From: Candidatus Hydrogenedens sp.
GTDB lineage: Bacteria; Hydrogenedentota; Hydrogenedentia; Hydrogenedentales; Hydrogenedentaceae
Length of the DNA: 64,000 nt
Assembly (NCBI GenBank): GCA_035361075.1
Contig: DAOSBX010000016.1
Coordinates: 5,917 to 69,916, forward strand
Direction: 5' to 3'
The position numbers and the translations under genes are program-made. The notes beneath the pieces were generated by a model. That model was not told the origin of the DNA. It saw only the letters and a list, made by a program, of their open reading frames with translations, and made no database searches. Of this stretch, positions 30,196 through 40,082 are shown in pieces (position 1 is the first letter of the stretch; every line of letters starts with the position of its first letter).

Positions 30196-30711
30196 TTAAT
30201 CTTGTTGTATCTCGGAGAAAAGTTTCTTCCGAATCTCAAACCATTCCTGATACTTTTCTTCACGGGTAATAATGTCAACTCGGTCAAGGAACATTAGCCC
30301 CTGTAGATGGTCATACTCATGCTGGATAATCCGAGCTAAAAAATCCTCCGCTTCAAACTCTAATTTTTTCCCTCGAGGGCTATATGCTTTGACTTTAATA
30401 CGGGATGCTCGAGGAACTACAGCATATATCTTCGGAAGACTAAGGCAACCTTCTTCACTTTCAATCCGTTCCCCTTGAATAATAAGAGACGGATTAATTA
30501 GACACATAGGCTTACTTTCGGGCTCATGAACAACAATAATCTGTTTCGAAATACCTACCTGTGGACCCGCAAGCCCAACTCCTTCATACGCCACCATTGT
30601 CTCAAACATGTCTTGGGCTAAGTCCATAACTTCTGAGTTAATACGGTCAAATGGTTCCGCAACAGATGTTAAAGGCTCATCAGGGTATAAAACTAAATCT
30701 AAAATCGCCAT
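30196..30711 (-). CDS. def: Peptide deformylase
   Basis: GVGLAGPQVG, EGCLSLP and HEYDHLQG motifs. Confidence 0.95.
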   Translation of the reverse strand: MAILDLVLYPDEPLTSVAEPFDRINSEVMDLAQDMFETMVAYEGVGLAGPQVGISKQIIVVHEPESKPMCLINPSLIIQGERIESEEGCLSLPKIYAVVPRASRIKVKAYSPRGKKLEFEAEDFLARIIQHEYDHLQGLMFLDRVDIITREEKYQEWFEIRKKLFSEIQQD

Positions 30712-30878
30712 CTTCGCTCACCTCTTCATTAATTTATTAAACCATTGTTCAATTGACTATATATCTCTATCAAAAAATTCCATATATTATACCAAAATTA
30801 AACTCTAAATTCAATAACCTTAAATTTTTTTTGTTTATTTCGTTTTTTAAGAATTTTTATTCTTTTTTTATTGAATTT

Positions 30879-32258
30879 TCACTCACCTTTTAATTTCTTT
30901 AATAACGATTCAACAGCCTTCCAAGTTTCACCTTTCTTTTGGAGTTCTTGTTCAACCCGTTCACATGAATGAAGTACCGTTGTATGGTCTTTGCCACCAA
31001 ATAACTCGCCAATATAACTTAAAGACATACTTGGAATGAGCAATCTACATAAATACATCCCAACTTGCCTCGGTAATACATACTGTTTCTTACGACACCT
31101 TCCTTTTAAATCTACTAATCGCACATCAAACGTCTCTGCCACCGCACGAAGAACCGATTCTGGTGTTATACACTGTGTTCTGGTACGGTCTTCTATATCA
31201 CGAACAACTTGTTCTGCTTGTTCTAAAGTAATTCGATCCTTTCCCCGTAATTTCATCAAAGCAATCACACCCGTTAACGCACCTTCCAATTGACGAACAT
31301 TAGAGGTCACCGACCGTGCAATATATTCCAATATTTCGTCCTCTAATTCATACCCCTTCTGAATTAGTTTACTCCTCAAAATTGCAACACGGGTCTCAAA
31401 ATCTGGAGGCTGAATATCCGTAACTAATCCCCACTCAAACCGTGAAACCAATCGACTTTCTACACCTCGAATTTCTTTAGGACTACGGTCTGATGAAAGT
31501 ACAATCTGCTTATGCTGGTCAAACAATTCATTAAATGTATGGAAAAACTCTACCTGCGTCGCCTCCTTCTCCGCTATGAAATGAATATCATCAATAAGCA
31601 ATACATCCACTTTCCGATATTTCCCCCGAAACTTAGACTGGCTTCCCTCAGTAATACTCATAATTAATTCGTTTGTAAATTCTTCCGAAGTAACATACAT
31701 CACTTTCTTTGAGGCGTCCTTCCGTAACAACTGATGTCCAATTCCTTGCATTAAATGTGTTTTACCTAATCCCGTCATTCCATAAATAAAAAGTGGGTTG
31801 TAATTTTTCCCTGGACTCTCTGAAACCGCCTTCGCTGCTGCATAAGCAAACTCATTTCCATGTCCCACTACAAAATTTTCGAAGGTATATCTCGGATTCA
31901 AACGGACAGTGTTATGAGATACATTATCTCTCTTTTCTACTCTCTTCTCTTGAATATCCAAATCCAGCGTCATTCCATCTCTCGGAGGCTGTTTCCTTCT
32001 CTCCTCTGGCCGAACCAAAAAATCAATAGTGATATCTCTTTGTAAAACTTGCCGTGCAACTACACCTAATACCTCTCCATAACGTTCTCGAAACCATGAA
32101 AGGAAAAACTCATTGGGCACCGTAAGAACCAGCCGATTCCCATCAAAGCTCTTAAATGTAACGAAAGAAAACCAGTGCTCACAAACATGAGGTTCCAAAA
32201 CCTTCTCTAAACAACTTAACATCTGCGTCCACAACGTCTCTTCCGTTTGAAAAGCCAT
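30879..32258 (-). CDS. dnaA: Chromosomal replication initiator DnaA
   Basis: AAA+ Walker A GLGKTHLMQGIGH, Walker B LLIDDIHF, and C-terminal DNA-binding domain (YIGELFGGKDHTTVLHSCERVE). Confidence 0.95.
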   Translation of the reverse strand: MAFQTEETLWTQMLSCLEKVLEPHVCEHWFSFVTFKSFDGNRLVLTVPNEFFLSWFRERYGEVLGVVARQVLQRDITIDFLVRPEERRKQPPRDGMTLDLDIQEKRVEKRDNVSHNTVRLNPRYTFENFVVGHGNEFAYAAAKAVSESPGKNYNPLFIYGMTGLGKTHLMQGIGHQLLRKDASKKVMYVTSEEFTNELIMSITEGSQSKFRGKYRKVDVLLIDDIHFIAEKEATQVEFFHTFNELFDQHKQIVLSSDRSPKEIRGVESRLVSRFEWGLVTDIQPPDFETRVAILRSKLIQKGYELEDEILEYIARSVTSNVRQLEGALTGVIALMKLRGKDRITLEQAEQVVRDIEDRTRTQCITPESVLRAVAETFDVRLVDLKGRCRKKQYVLPRQVGMYLCRLLIPSMSLSYIGELFGGKDHTTVLHSCERVEQELQKKGETWKAVESLLKKLKGE

Positions 32259-32310
32259 ATAATTTCCTCCTTAAACTCAATCTTCAATTTATAATTACTT
32301 TAATTTATAC

Positions 32311-32721
32311 TCAGAAAAAATCCGTCTCCTCCTGCTTCACCTGTGACCATAGCCGTTCCAAATATTCAAGTCTTTCCTCCGGCACCTCCGGAACATCCGT
32401 AGCCAACAATTGCACTTTTTCCCAGCGACGCCGAAACGTTTCATAAGAAATATAAAGACATTCTAAAGGGTCTATTCCCAAAAATTGGGCAAGATGCAAA
32501 GACACTAAATACAAATCTCCTACCTCCTTCTTCACCCGCTCTATATCCCGCCGAGAAATCTCTTTTTCTATCTCCTTTACCTCCTCACGAATCTTCTCTA
32601 ATATCCCTCCTACCTCAAGCCACTCAAATCCAAACTTACTTGCCTGGCTCTGTATATTCAATGCATTACACAAAAGAGAAACACACTCCTCACTATTTTC
32701 AAATTTTTTATATGAAGTCAT
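32311..32721 (-). CDS. MazG-like nucleoside triphosphate pyrophosphohydrolase (single domain)
   Basis: 136 aa with MazG-type helical motif (KIREEVKEIEKEISR...EVGDLYLVSLHLAQFLGIDPLECL). Sits only 52 bp upstream of the dnaA start. Confidence 0.55.
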   Translation of the reverse strand: MTSYKKFENSEECVSLLCNALNIQSQASKFGFEWLEVGGILEKIREEVKEIEKEISRRDIERVKKEVGDLYLVSLHLAQFLGIDPLECLYISYETFRRRWEKVQLLATDVPEVPEERLEYLERLWSQVKQEETDFF

Positions 32722-33247
32722 CTAAAAGTACCTTTCTTCCCGATTCTAAAATCGTTACTCTGTCTTTTGCTTTACCCATCATTGAAAGTTCCCCAAAACC
32801 CAAAACGTTCAATTAAAAATCAACATATTTAATACCTCAAATATACCATGTCAAATTCCAAAATTCAAGACTCCCTTTTTTTTAACCATAAATATTTGCT
32901 TAACAATAACTTACGAAATCCACTCCCAAACAACTCAAAAAAGAGACTATATTGCAAAATACAGATAATTATCGATATATATAATAAATAACAAATATAT
33001 AACATTACAAACAAATAAGTATAATTAAATAAATATGTCGCTTTGTATCTGTTAACGACTGTTTATGTTATATACACCTAACACATAACCTGTAACTATA
33101 AATACATATGTGTATACATATAGAAAAAAATTTTGTGCCACGAACAATATGAATAAGACAGAGATATAATACTGAAAACATATAGCTACATGTAATCACT
33201 GATATCTTACATTTACTTCCAATCTACAAATTTACTGTTTTTTTGTC
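32722..33247. other. Candidate oriC / DNA-unwinding region: 0.5-kb very AT-rich non-coding gap between the mazG-like gene and dinB, near dnaA
   Basis: No ORFs. Long A/T tracts and (AT)n runs. Only degenerate DnaA-box-like 9-mers seen by eye (AAATCCACT, TTATCGATA). Proximity to dnaA. Confidence 0.3.
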
Positions 33248-34414
33248 TTATTCTTGTAAAGCAGAAGCATGACATATTGATGAAAATCCATAACGTTCCC
33301 TTATCTTATCAATACTCCTTAATCGTCTTTTTTCCTTTATCTCATCAGAAGAATAAAAAAGTTCCAATTGTTCATTTATAGGTCGTAATTCAGATAACAT
33401 GACTCCGACCAATCGCACCCTGTATTTCCGCGTCTGTGCCTTAGTTAATAATACAAATAATGCAGATAGAAACTTTGCATCGGAAAAGGTAGGTTCAAAG
33501 AAGGAATAAGAAAACGTTGGTGTAATAAAATCGGCATAACGCACTTTCAAAGTCAACCTTCGTGCTTCCATGCCTTTTTGCCTCAGCTCGTAGGTGCATG
33601 CTTCTAACAATCGCACAACACGGGGCGTTATCTCTCTCCAGTAAATCAAATCATTTTCAAACGTAATCTCTCTTGAAATAACCCTCGGCATGTCAAAACG
33701 AGGAGACCATTCCACATCCCTCCCACGTGCCCATTGAAATAAATGATATGCATAAGGCTTTCCAAAAATCTGTTCTAACTGTACCAAAGAAAATTTTTGA
33801 AGCTGACCTACGGTATAAACTCCCAAGGAATGAAATATTTTCTCCGCATTAGAACCTATCCCTGGAATACTTCTTATAGGCAACGGAGAAAGAAATTCCA
33901 ACTCCTTTCCCGATGTCACAGAACAATATCCATTCGGTTTCTTCTGTTTAACTGCAATTTTTGAAACAATATATGTCGAGGCAATCCCCACGGTACATGG
34001 TAAACCTAATTTCTCATGAATCTCCTTTTTTAATCCCAGTGCCAATCTCTCTTCTGAACCGAATAATCCAACACAACCCGTAATATCTAAAAAAGACTCA
34101 TCTATGGATGCTACTTCTACAGAAGGTGAAAACTGATGCAATAATGAAACTACCTTCTCCGAAACATACACATACTTTTCGTAAACCCCAGCAATTAAAA
34201 TAATATTTGGACATCGTCTCCGAACTTCACCAATCGACATTCCCGCAGTAACTCCATAATACCGTGCTTCATAAGAAGCGGAAGATACCACACCACGTGG
34301 ACTATCTACCTTTGTAACTACAGCCACAGGCTTGCCTTGATATTCCGGATGCTCTACCAGTTCCACTGACACGAAAAAGGAATCCATATCCACATGAAGA
34401 ATTCTCGTTCCCAT
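33248..34414 (-). CDS. dinB: DNA polymerase IV (Y-family)
   Basis: ILHVDMDSFFVSVE, SIDESFLD, and the little-finger domain. AGGAGA SD 6 nt upstream. Confidence 0.9.
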   Translation of the reverse strand: MGTRILHVDMDSFFVSVELVEHPEYQGKPVAVVTKVDSPRGVVSSASYEARYYGVTAGMSIGEVRRRCPNIILIAGVYEKYVYVSEKVVSLLHQFSPSVEVASIDESFLDITGCVGLFGSEERLALGLKKEIHEKLGLPCTVGIASTYIVSKIAVKQKKPNGYCSVTSGKELEFLSPLPIRSIPGIGSNAEKIFHSLGVYTVGQLQKFSLVQLEQIFGKPYAYHLFQWARGRDVEWSPRFDMPRVISREITFENDLIYWREITPRVVRLLEACTYELRQKGMEARRLTLKVRYADFITPTFSYSFFEPTFSDAKFLSALFVLLTKAQTRKYRVRLVGVMLSELRPINEQLELFYSSDEIKEKRRLRSIDKIRERYGFSSICHASALQE

Positions 34415-34426
34415 AAAGCATCTCCT

Positions 34427-34454
34427 TATATAGTGAAAATATTTTCACTATATA
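34427..34454. promoter_or_regulatory. Perfect 28-bp palindrome TATATAGTGAAAATATTTTCACTATATA, 13 bp upstream of the dinB start codon; candidate repressor operator (possibly SOS-type)
   Basis: Left half is the exact reverse complement of the right half. Position overlaps the expected promoter/5'UTR of dinB. Confidence 0.45.
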
Positions 34455-34871
34455 ATTATAGCCTCTTCCTCTTCCCTACTGTCAACCCAAAATTATCTCA
34501 CAAAAAATTAAAATAGGATTAGGCTATCGCCTCATTGTGATGTATGGTATTTGTTTATAAATAGAGTCATCAGAGTTAGGTGGTAAAACGGAATACACAT
34601 TACCTCTATAAATCATTAATACAGGCACTACTGTATATGTTAAATAATATCGCCAGCGTTTCTACTAATGAAACAAAATAAGTACAATACGTGGAAAAAT
34701 TCTCTGGAGAATATGATTTTAATTTGGTTTTTAAGTAAGACGATATTTCTTAAAAAAATTTTCCCCTTTGCAAGGTTGAAAATGACCCCTCCGTTGCGAT
34801 ATTCTTTTCGCTACTTTACAAAAATAATTTGTTAGAAAATTGAAACAAACATCAGGAAAGAGTTTAATTCT

Positions 34872-35252
34872 ATGCCGACTATTAAATATTATTGTCCTAA
34901 TTGTGGAAAAAAATTTGTAGAGTGGGGGGCTCAAAAATTCAATTTTAAATGTCCTCATTGCCGTGATGTTCAACTTGAACGAATTGGGATCAGTAGTGAC
35001 CAAATTATTTCCACTCCAAAAACACGTAGAAAGCCACGAATAAGTGAAGATGATGTAGATATCGAATTTCCGGAAGGTTATGGGCAGGAAGATGAATTAG
35101 ACGATTTTGGTGGTGTTCCTGATGTCCCGATTCTTGAGGAAGAAGAACTACCTCTTGATGAAGAAATGCCACCGGATGAAACCCTTGCCGATACAGAACT
35201 CGGTGAAGATGCCTTACCTCCAGATGAAGAACTGGACATCGAGGAAGAATAA
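34872..35252 (+). CDS. FmdB-like zinc-ribbon protein with acidic C-terminal tail
   Basis: MPTIKYYCPNCGKKF...FKCPHCRD (CxxC...CxxC), followed by a D/E-rich tail (EEEELPLDEEMPPDE...). Confidence 0.5.
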   Translation: MPTIKYYCPNCGKKFVEWGAQKFNFKCPHCRDVQLERIGISSDQIISTPKTRRKPRISEDDVDIEFPEGYGQEDELDDFGGVPDVPILEEEELPLDEEMPPDETLADTELGEDALPPDEELDIEEE

Positions 35253-35303
35253 CTTAACTATTCCGTTAAAACAACCTCCAAATTTCAAAGAATATTTTAA
35301 GGG

Positions 35304-36608
35304 CTATTCTTTTAGGTGCAATTCTGGATGAAGGTATAATGTTTGAGCAGGGTCTAAACGAACAGATTTCTGCCGTTTTACCCATCCAACAATAAGTACA
35401 GATAGCCATTCCGCTCCATACTTAAAACCAAATCGTTCCCATACAATTACGACCCCATGCCAGAAAAGAAGTACAAGCAAAATGAAGGGAATAATATACA
35501 ATGGATGTTTTGGAAATTCTGAAGGTGAACCTATAACCCATAAATAAACACGCCCTAAACTCACTGCCACAGGTCCTTCCAATAAAAATATTGTTAACGC
35601 AACCATACTGATACGACGAATCGCCGTTGTATGTTTCATCCACCACATCCTTCTCTCTGAATCTGTGTATTCCATAACACCTATTAAAAATGCTGAAACA
35701 ATGAGCATCAAACCGACATCCAGAAAGTGGATTTTAATTGGCAACGGTGATTGTGCAAATTCAATTGGTTTCAAACCGTATTGAATCATAAGCCATACCG
35801 CTAACGAAACAAAGGCAACACCTAAACCATATCCATAACCACGTATTTTATCTAATGACACCTGTTCTGATAAGGCTATACCAAATACCGCCCCCAAATA
35901 GCCATACGCCATATTGGGTAAAGGAGCTAACAAAAACTTAAGTAGCCACGCAAGACCCCATTTCTCTTCTTGAATGGCTTGGTAAAATACTCCATCCAAC
36001 CCCTTATGAATAGACGGCGAAATAAACAGCAATGTCAACGCTATTCCTGTAAGAATACGAAATGTGTAACGACGGTCAAAGAGCTCTCCTGAACGCCATA
36101 AAGCGTACAAGGTAATATGAAGGAAAAACAAACTGATACCGATATTCCCTAACGCATCTGTGTAAAACAAAATGTCAAATGAAAAATCAGGGAAAGAACC
36201 TTTTTGAATAAACCCAGTTATCAATGTTTCATAAAAACGGCCATTAAATGGCATACGATGGTGAAAGAACATCATATTCATAAAAGAAAAACAGATTAAT
36301 AAAAATGAATTAACTAACCCTCCTAAAAGCAGTCTATTTAATTCCGGAGTAATTTTGGTCACTCCTTTATACTTAAGCAAGCTCCGATGCATAGTATACG
36401 CATGAGCGGTTCCAGATAATAAAACAAAAATAGGTGCCCACGTCGCCAAAATAATCAACGGAGCAAAAATAATAAAAATCCATGGATTGGCTTTCTCAAT
36501 AGACTGCGGATTATTTTGATAAACCACTGCATTAAAAGCATGCAACCAAAGAATGTACCCAATAAAAAACCCTCTGAGGCAATCTACGTATAGTAATCTC
36601 TTCTTCAC
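35304..36608 (-). CDS. Acyltransferase-3 family (or DUF1624-like) integral membrane protein
   Basis: N-terminal YVDCLRGFFIGYILWLHAF motif typical of acyltransferase_3; about 10 TM helices. Confidence 0.5.
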   Translation of the reverse strand: MKKRLLYVDCLRGFFIGYILWLHAFNAVVYQNNPQSIEKANPWIFIIFAPLIILATWAPIFVLLSGTAHAYTMHRSLLKYKGVTKITPELNRLLLGGLVNSFLLICFSFMNMMFFHHRMPFNGRFYETLITGFIQKGSFPDFSFDILFYTDALGNIGISLFFLHITLYALWRSGELFDRRYTFRILTGIALTLLFISPSIHKGLDGVFYQAIQEEKWGLAWLLKFLLAPLPNMAYGYLGAVFGIALSEQVSLDKIRGYGYGLGVAFVSLAVWLMIQYGLKPIEFAQSPLPIKIHFLDVGLMLIVSAFLIGVMEYTDSERRMWWMKHTTAIRRISMVALTIFLLEGPVAVSLGRVYLWVIGSPSEFPKHPLYIIPFILLVLLFWHGVVIVWERFGFKYGAEWLSVLIVGWVKRQKSVRLDPAQTLYLHPELHLKE

Positions 36609-37050
36609 TTCTTTTATTCCTTTCTCTTCCTGGTTTACTTACTTTCAAAAAAACCATATATAACTACAACTTATTTCCTATTTCATAACAAAAATTTATA
36701 AAAAATCTTGGCTATTTTAATATTAAGAATCTGTGTCATTTTCCTCTTAATCTTTTAAACCTTAGGTTCTCTTGTGTTGTTCATGTCTAAAAAATACTCA
36801 CCGATATTAAACAAATTTTTGTGGATAAACAAAACCTCTCCCCTATGTCTATCTCAATTTGAGTTATACTACCCCCATGACTGTTTCTTCCGTTTTTTTA
36901 CTACAAAGATACCCTCATTAGATAATAGTTATAAAATTTAAGAAGAACCTTTAATGACAACAAATCCAACAACAATTTAAAAACTTAATAAAGTAATAAA
37001 TAAGAACCCTTCCTCCTTGTCGGATTACAATAGAAACTCAAAAACCAAAA

Positions 37051-37188
37051 TTAAAAGAATTCATTAACCGCTGCAAAAACAATCAGAAAAAGTCCTACAA
37101 ACCACATAAAAACCGTCGTAGGTGTTATTATCAAGTAATCATCCAAATCATCATTTGTCTGTTTAAATAAATTTTTTAACTCCTCCAT
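37051..37188 (-). CDS. Small (45 aa) single-TM protein, hypothetical
   Basis: Below the ORF-track cutoff. MEELKNLFKQTNDDLDDYLIITPTTVFMWFVGLFLIVFAAVNEFF. AGGAGA SD 7 nt upstream of the ATG. Confidence 0.35.
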   Translation of the reverse strand: MEELKNLFKQTNDDLDDYLIITPTTVFMWFVGLFLIVFAAVNEFF

Positions 37189-37249
37189 ATATATCTCCTT
37201 TCATTCAGAATTCATTATTTCATACTTTATTAATACCTAAAATTAGCTT

Positions 37250-39661
37250 TCAGTTCAATTGTTTTAATAACCACATTTCACAAATCCTTGACTGTTGCCT
37301 CCAATTCTTCCGTAAATCTTCAGGGGGTAGACTCCATCGTATTGTAATTTCCCTATCTGAAACACACTCTTTCGGGACAACATACTCCTTCAATTCTCCC
37401 AATTCTTTCATACCTTCCCCCGAATCAGAAATTTTCTTTCCGTCAATCACAATCTGGGGTTTTCCATATCCTGAAATACGTAATACATACTCCCCATTCG
37501 GTTCTAACCCTTGATACAACACTTCCCCTTTATCTAACGAACTTAACCATGAGGTGCGTTTTCGGCTCTTACCATTATCAAACCACCATAAGGTAGGTTC
37601 AGGCCATGCTTCTTCCGCAGGATTTGTATATGGGGCTTCACAACGTCTCACATGAGGCGATTTTGCAGTATTTCCAATATCATCATAAAAAGAACCATAC
37701 CCTGGTTCTTCCCATGTTCCGAGCTCCTTTAATCGGGTTATTTTTTCATTCTCATTACTTAATTTCTGTATTTCACTAAGCCTATCCTCTAACCACCACC
37801 GATTATTCAACGGTATATCTATATAGTCAAGCGAGGCTCCACGTTCGCCACCACTCGCACCATATTTCTCGACACTGGATTGAAGCCCGATACTATGGAA
37901 TAATTGGTCATACAACATTATCACCTTATCTTTTAAATCCTGTGCGATCGATTCTGTAACACCCCTATTCAGGATCGCTAATACCTCTTGAATAGTATGT
38001 TCTGAGCCTAACTTATTGGAATTGCATAACACTTGATTTGCTTTGTGCTCCAATTCCTGTTCATAAATAAGTTTCCTTCGAATATATGCATCGTAATAAG
38101 CACGAACCAAACACATTTGCCATCGCCAATTTTCTTTAAGTTGAGGTGATTGCTGTTCCAATTCCTGCCATAATTTTAACGTCCCCTCAATGCCACCATT
38201 ATCAACAACACTACCTCGCCAGTTCCTCTCCAGGGCTAAAATTCCATCTGCCGAAGCAACTGCCACATCTGTTGCAAAAAACACATTTGCATACTCAATG
38301 AGAATATCACGAACGTTTTGCTCTGGATCCCAGCTTAATACACTCCAAATTATTTTATTTACATCATCATGAATTCCATCTGAATAAGAAATAAACCCAT
38401 CACAATAAGGTTGAAACCAGTTGTGAATGTATGCATATTGGACAGGCCGAGGATTAATGGCTTCTCTACCCAGGACAGAAGCAAAAGCGATATCCCACCA
38501 AGGTACTGGGTATTGACATAACTTATTATGTGTAATATCAGGATACATTCTGAGTTTATACTCTGCTGGCAAATTCTGTCGCAAATATGCTATTGGTGGA
38601 CTGGAGGGACCTTCACAAAGACCACCAAGCCATTTCGGTTTCTCATCTTTCAGATAGTTAAAAACATACCTCGCTTGCTCAAGAGAAAAGCCTTGAAGGG
38701 ATAACCATATCTTTGCCTCCGGGTGCAATGGCATAAGCCGTTTCGATAACTCCTCCAAAAAGGGTAGAACTAATTCAGGTGGATTATCCCCAGGGTCACC
38801 ACCAGGGAAGAACACACCTGTTAATACAGGACAATCCCGATATAACGCTTCATGCTTACTAATTAAATCTGCCTTTTTGGTCTCATCCCTTAAATCAAAG
38901 TCTGCAGGTGTCCATACCCAATAATCCAAACCATATTTTTTACATATTTGACTTAAACCTTTATTTATCTCATCACGAGAAAGCCGAAAATGTGGAGATG
39001 GTCGGTTATCTTGAAACGGTATATTTTCAATACTATTAACTCCAAAAAACGTTAATTCTCGAATATATTTTTCATATTGGGCTAAATCCCAAGCATCATA
39101 TGAATTCGCCTGTGCTCGATATCCTAATTGATGTCCCCGAATCGGAGAAATTGGAGAGGTCACAATTTGTATTGGTACTGATATACTCAAAAAACCCTGT
39201 GAATATCTTAATATACGAAGCAATTTTCCTACACCATAGAGTAATCCTCTATTATCATTACCTATAATCCAAACATTTTGTGGTTGTTTAGAACTTTCTT
39301 TCGTAAAAATAGCAAATCCTTCCGACCTTAATTGCTGTTCTATCTCATCATAGGAATATCCATTCACATATTGCCTTAACCCCGAATGTTTTAAATAATC
39401 TTTCATTGTAAGAATAATATAATTTCCATTTTTATCAAACGTGTTCTCTCTTTTTAGTTTTATACCTGTTCGCTGGGCTATTTCCTCTATTAACATGGAT
39501 ATTACAATTTCTTGAACCTCATTAACGGGCTCACATGCAAGGTAAACTTTAAACCTACTTATATCCAAAAAATTAGCATTTTCAGCCGAATTAGATGAAA
39601 CATTCAGAATTAAAAAACCAATCAGAAAAATTAACAAACCTCTATTTGTCATATTTAACAA
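37250..39661 (-). CDS. Secreted 803-aa protein of unknown function (possibly glycoside-hydrolase-like)
   Basis: N-terminal signal peptide (LLIFLIGFLILNVSSNSAENA). Large globular protein with no motif I can assign confidently. Confidence 0.45.
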   Translation of the reverse strand: MLNMTNRGLLIFLIGFLILNVSSNSAENANFLDISRFKVYLACEPVNEVQEIVISMLIEEIAQRTGIKLKRENTFDKNGNYIILTMKDYLKHSGLRQYVNGYSYDEIEQQLRSEGFAIFTKESSKQPQNVWIIGNDNRGLLYGVGKLLRILRYSQGFLSISVPIQIVTSPISPIRGHQLGYRAQANSYDAWDLAQYEKYIRELTFFGVNSIENIPFQDNRPSPHFRLSRDEINKGLSQICKKYGLDYWVWTPADFDLRDETKKADLISKHEALYRDCPVLTGVFFPGGDPGDNPPELVLPFLEELSKRLMPLHPEAKIWLSLQGFSLEQARYVFNYLKDEKPKWLGGLCEGPSSPPIAYLRQNLPAEYKLRMYPDITHNKLCQYPVPWWDIAFASVLGREAINPRPVQYAYIHNWFQPYCDGFISYSDGIHDDVNKIIWSVLSWDPEQNVRDILIEYANVFFATDVAVASADGILALERNWRGSVVDNGGIEGTLKLWQELEQQSPQLKENWRWQMCLVRAYYDAYIRRKLIYEQELEHKANQVLCNSNKLGSEHTIQEVLAILNRGVTESIAQDLKDKVIMLYDQLFHSIGLQSSVEKYGASGGERGASLDYIDIPLNNRWWLEDRLSEIQKLSNENEKITRLKELGTWEEPGYGSFYDDIGNTAKSPHVRRCEAPYTNPAEEAWPEPTLWWFDNGKSRKRTSWLSSLDKGEVLYQGLEPNGEYVLRISGYGKPQIVIDGKKISDSGEGMKELGELKEYVVPKECVSDREITIRWSLPPEDLRKNWRQQSRICEMWLLKQLN

Positions 39662-39707
39662 CTCCCTAAATAATACTAAGTTTTATTTATTATCATCTAT
39701 AATTAAA

Positions 39708-39907
39708 CTGTTTTGTCAATCCCTTTTTAAATCCTGTTTTCGGCTTTTCGATATAAAGTATACACCCAACAAAAGTCCCCCTAAGAGTATACAAGGGATA
39801 GAGAATAAATTCACACTTAAACCATAGTGAACATTCAAATAAACCTTTTGTGTCTCAACGACATAAAAATCATCGGATACCTGACACCAATACCAACCAG
39901 AATCTTC
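39708..39907. repeat. Direct repeat copy A (200 bp, 100% identical to 40924-41125): orphan duplicate of the last 64 codons plus stop of the surface-protein gene
   Basis: Base-by-base comparison of the two segments. In copy A an in-frame TAA lies immediately upstream, so it is a non-functional remnant. Confidence 0.9.
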
Positions 39908-40030
39908 ATATTGTAATTACTTAATCCATTTAGATATAAAAGATCGAGAAAACGTCAAAACGCCATGCTATATTACAGAAAATAATTATGCCGTTTCCAG
40001 TTGCCATTGTACGAGATGTACCCAAATTTA

Positions 40031-40065
40031 ATAAAAAAATCGGATCCCATTTAATAGTGGGAGCC
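40031..40065 (-). terminator. Rho-independent terminator of the cassette gene
   Basis: 8-bp stem (one mismatch) GGAUCCCA/UGGGAGCC with 7-nt loop, followed on the minus strand by UUUUUUUAU. Contains a GGATCC site. Confidence 0.5.
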
Positions 40066-40082
40066 CTTTATTCCTAATGTTT

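Noticed and set aside
34731-35003. 90-aa minus-strand ORF
   Set aside because: Overlaps the start of the well-supported zinc-ribbon gene on the opposite strand; no RBS; low-complexity translation.
36821-36829. Perfect DnaA box TGTGGATAA as evidence for oriC at 36.8 kb
   Set aside because: Single isolated 9-mer; chance expectation in this window is about 0.5 occurrences; no clustering.
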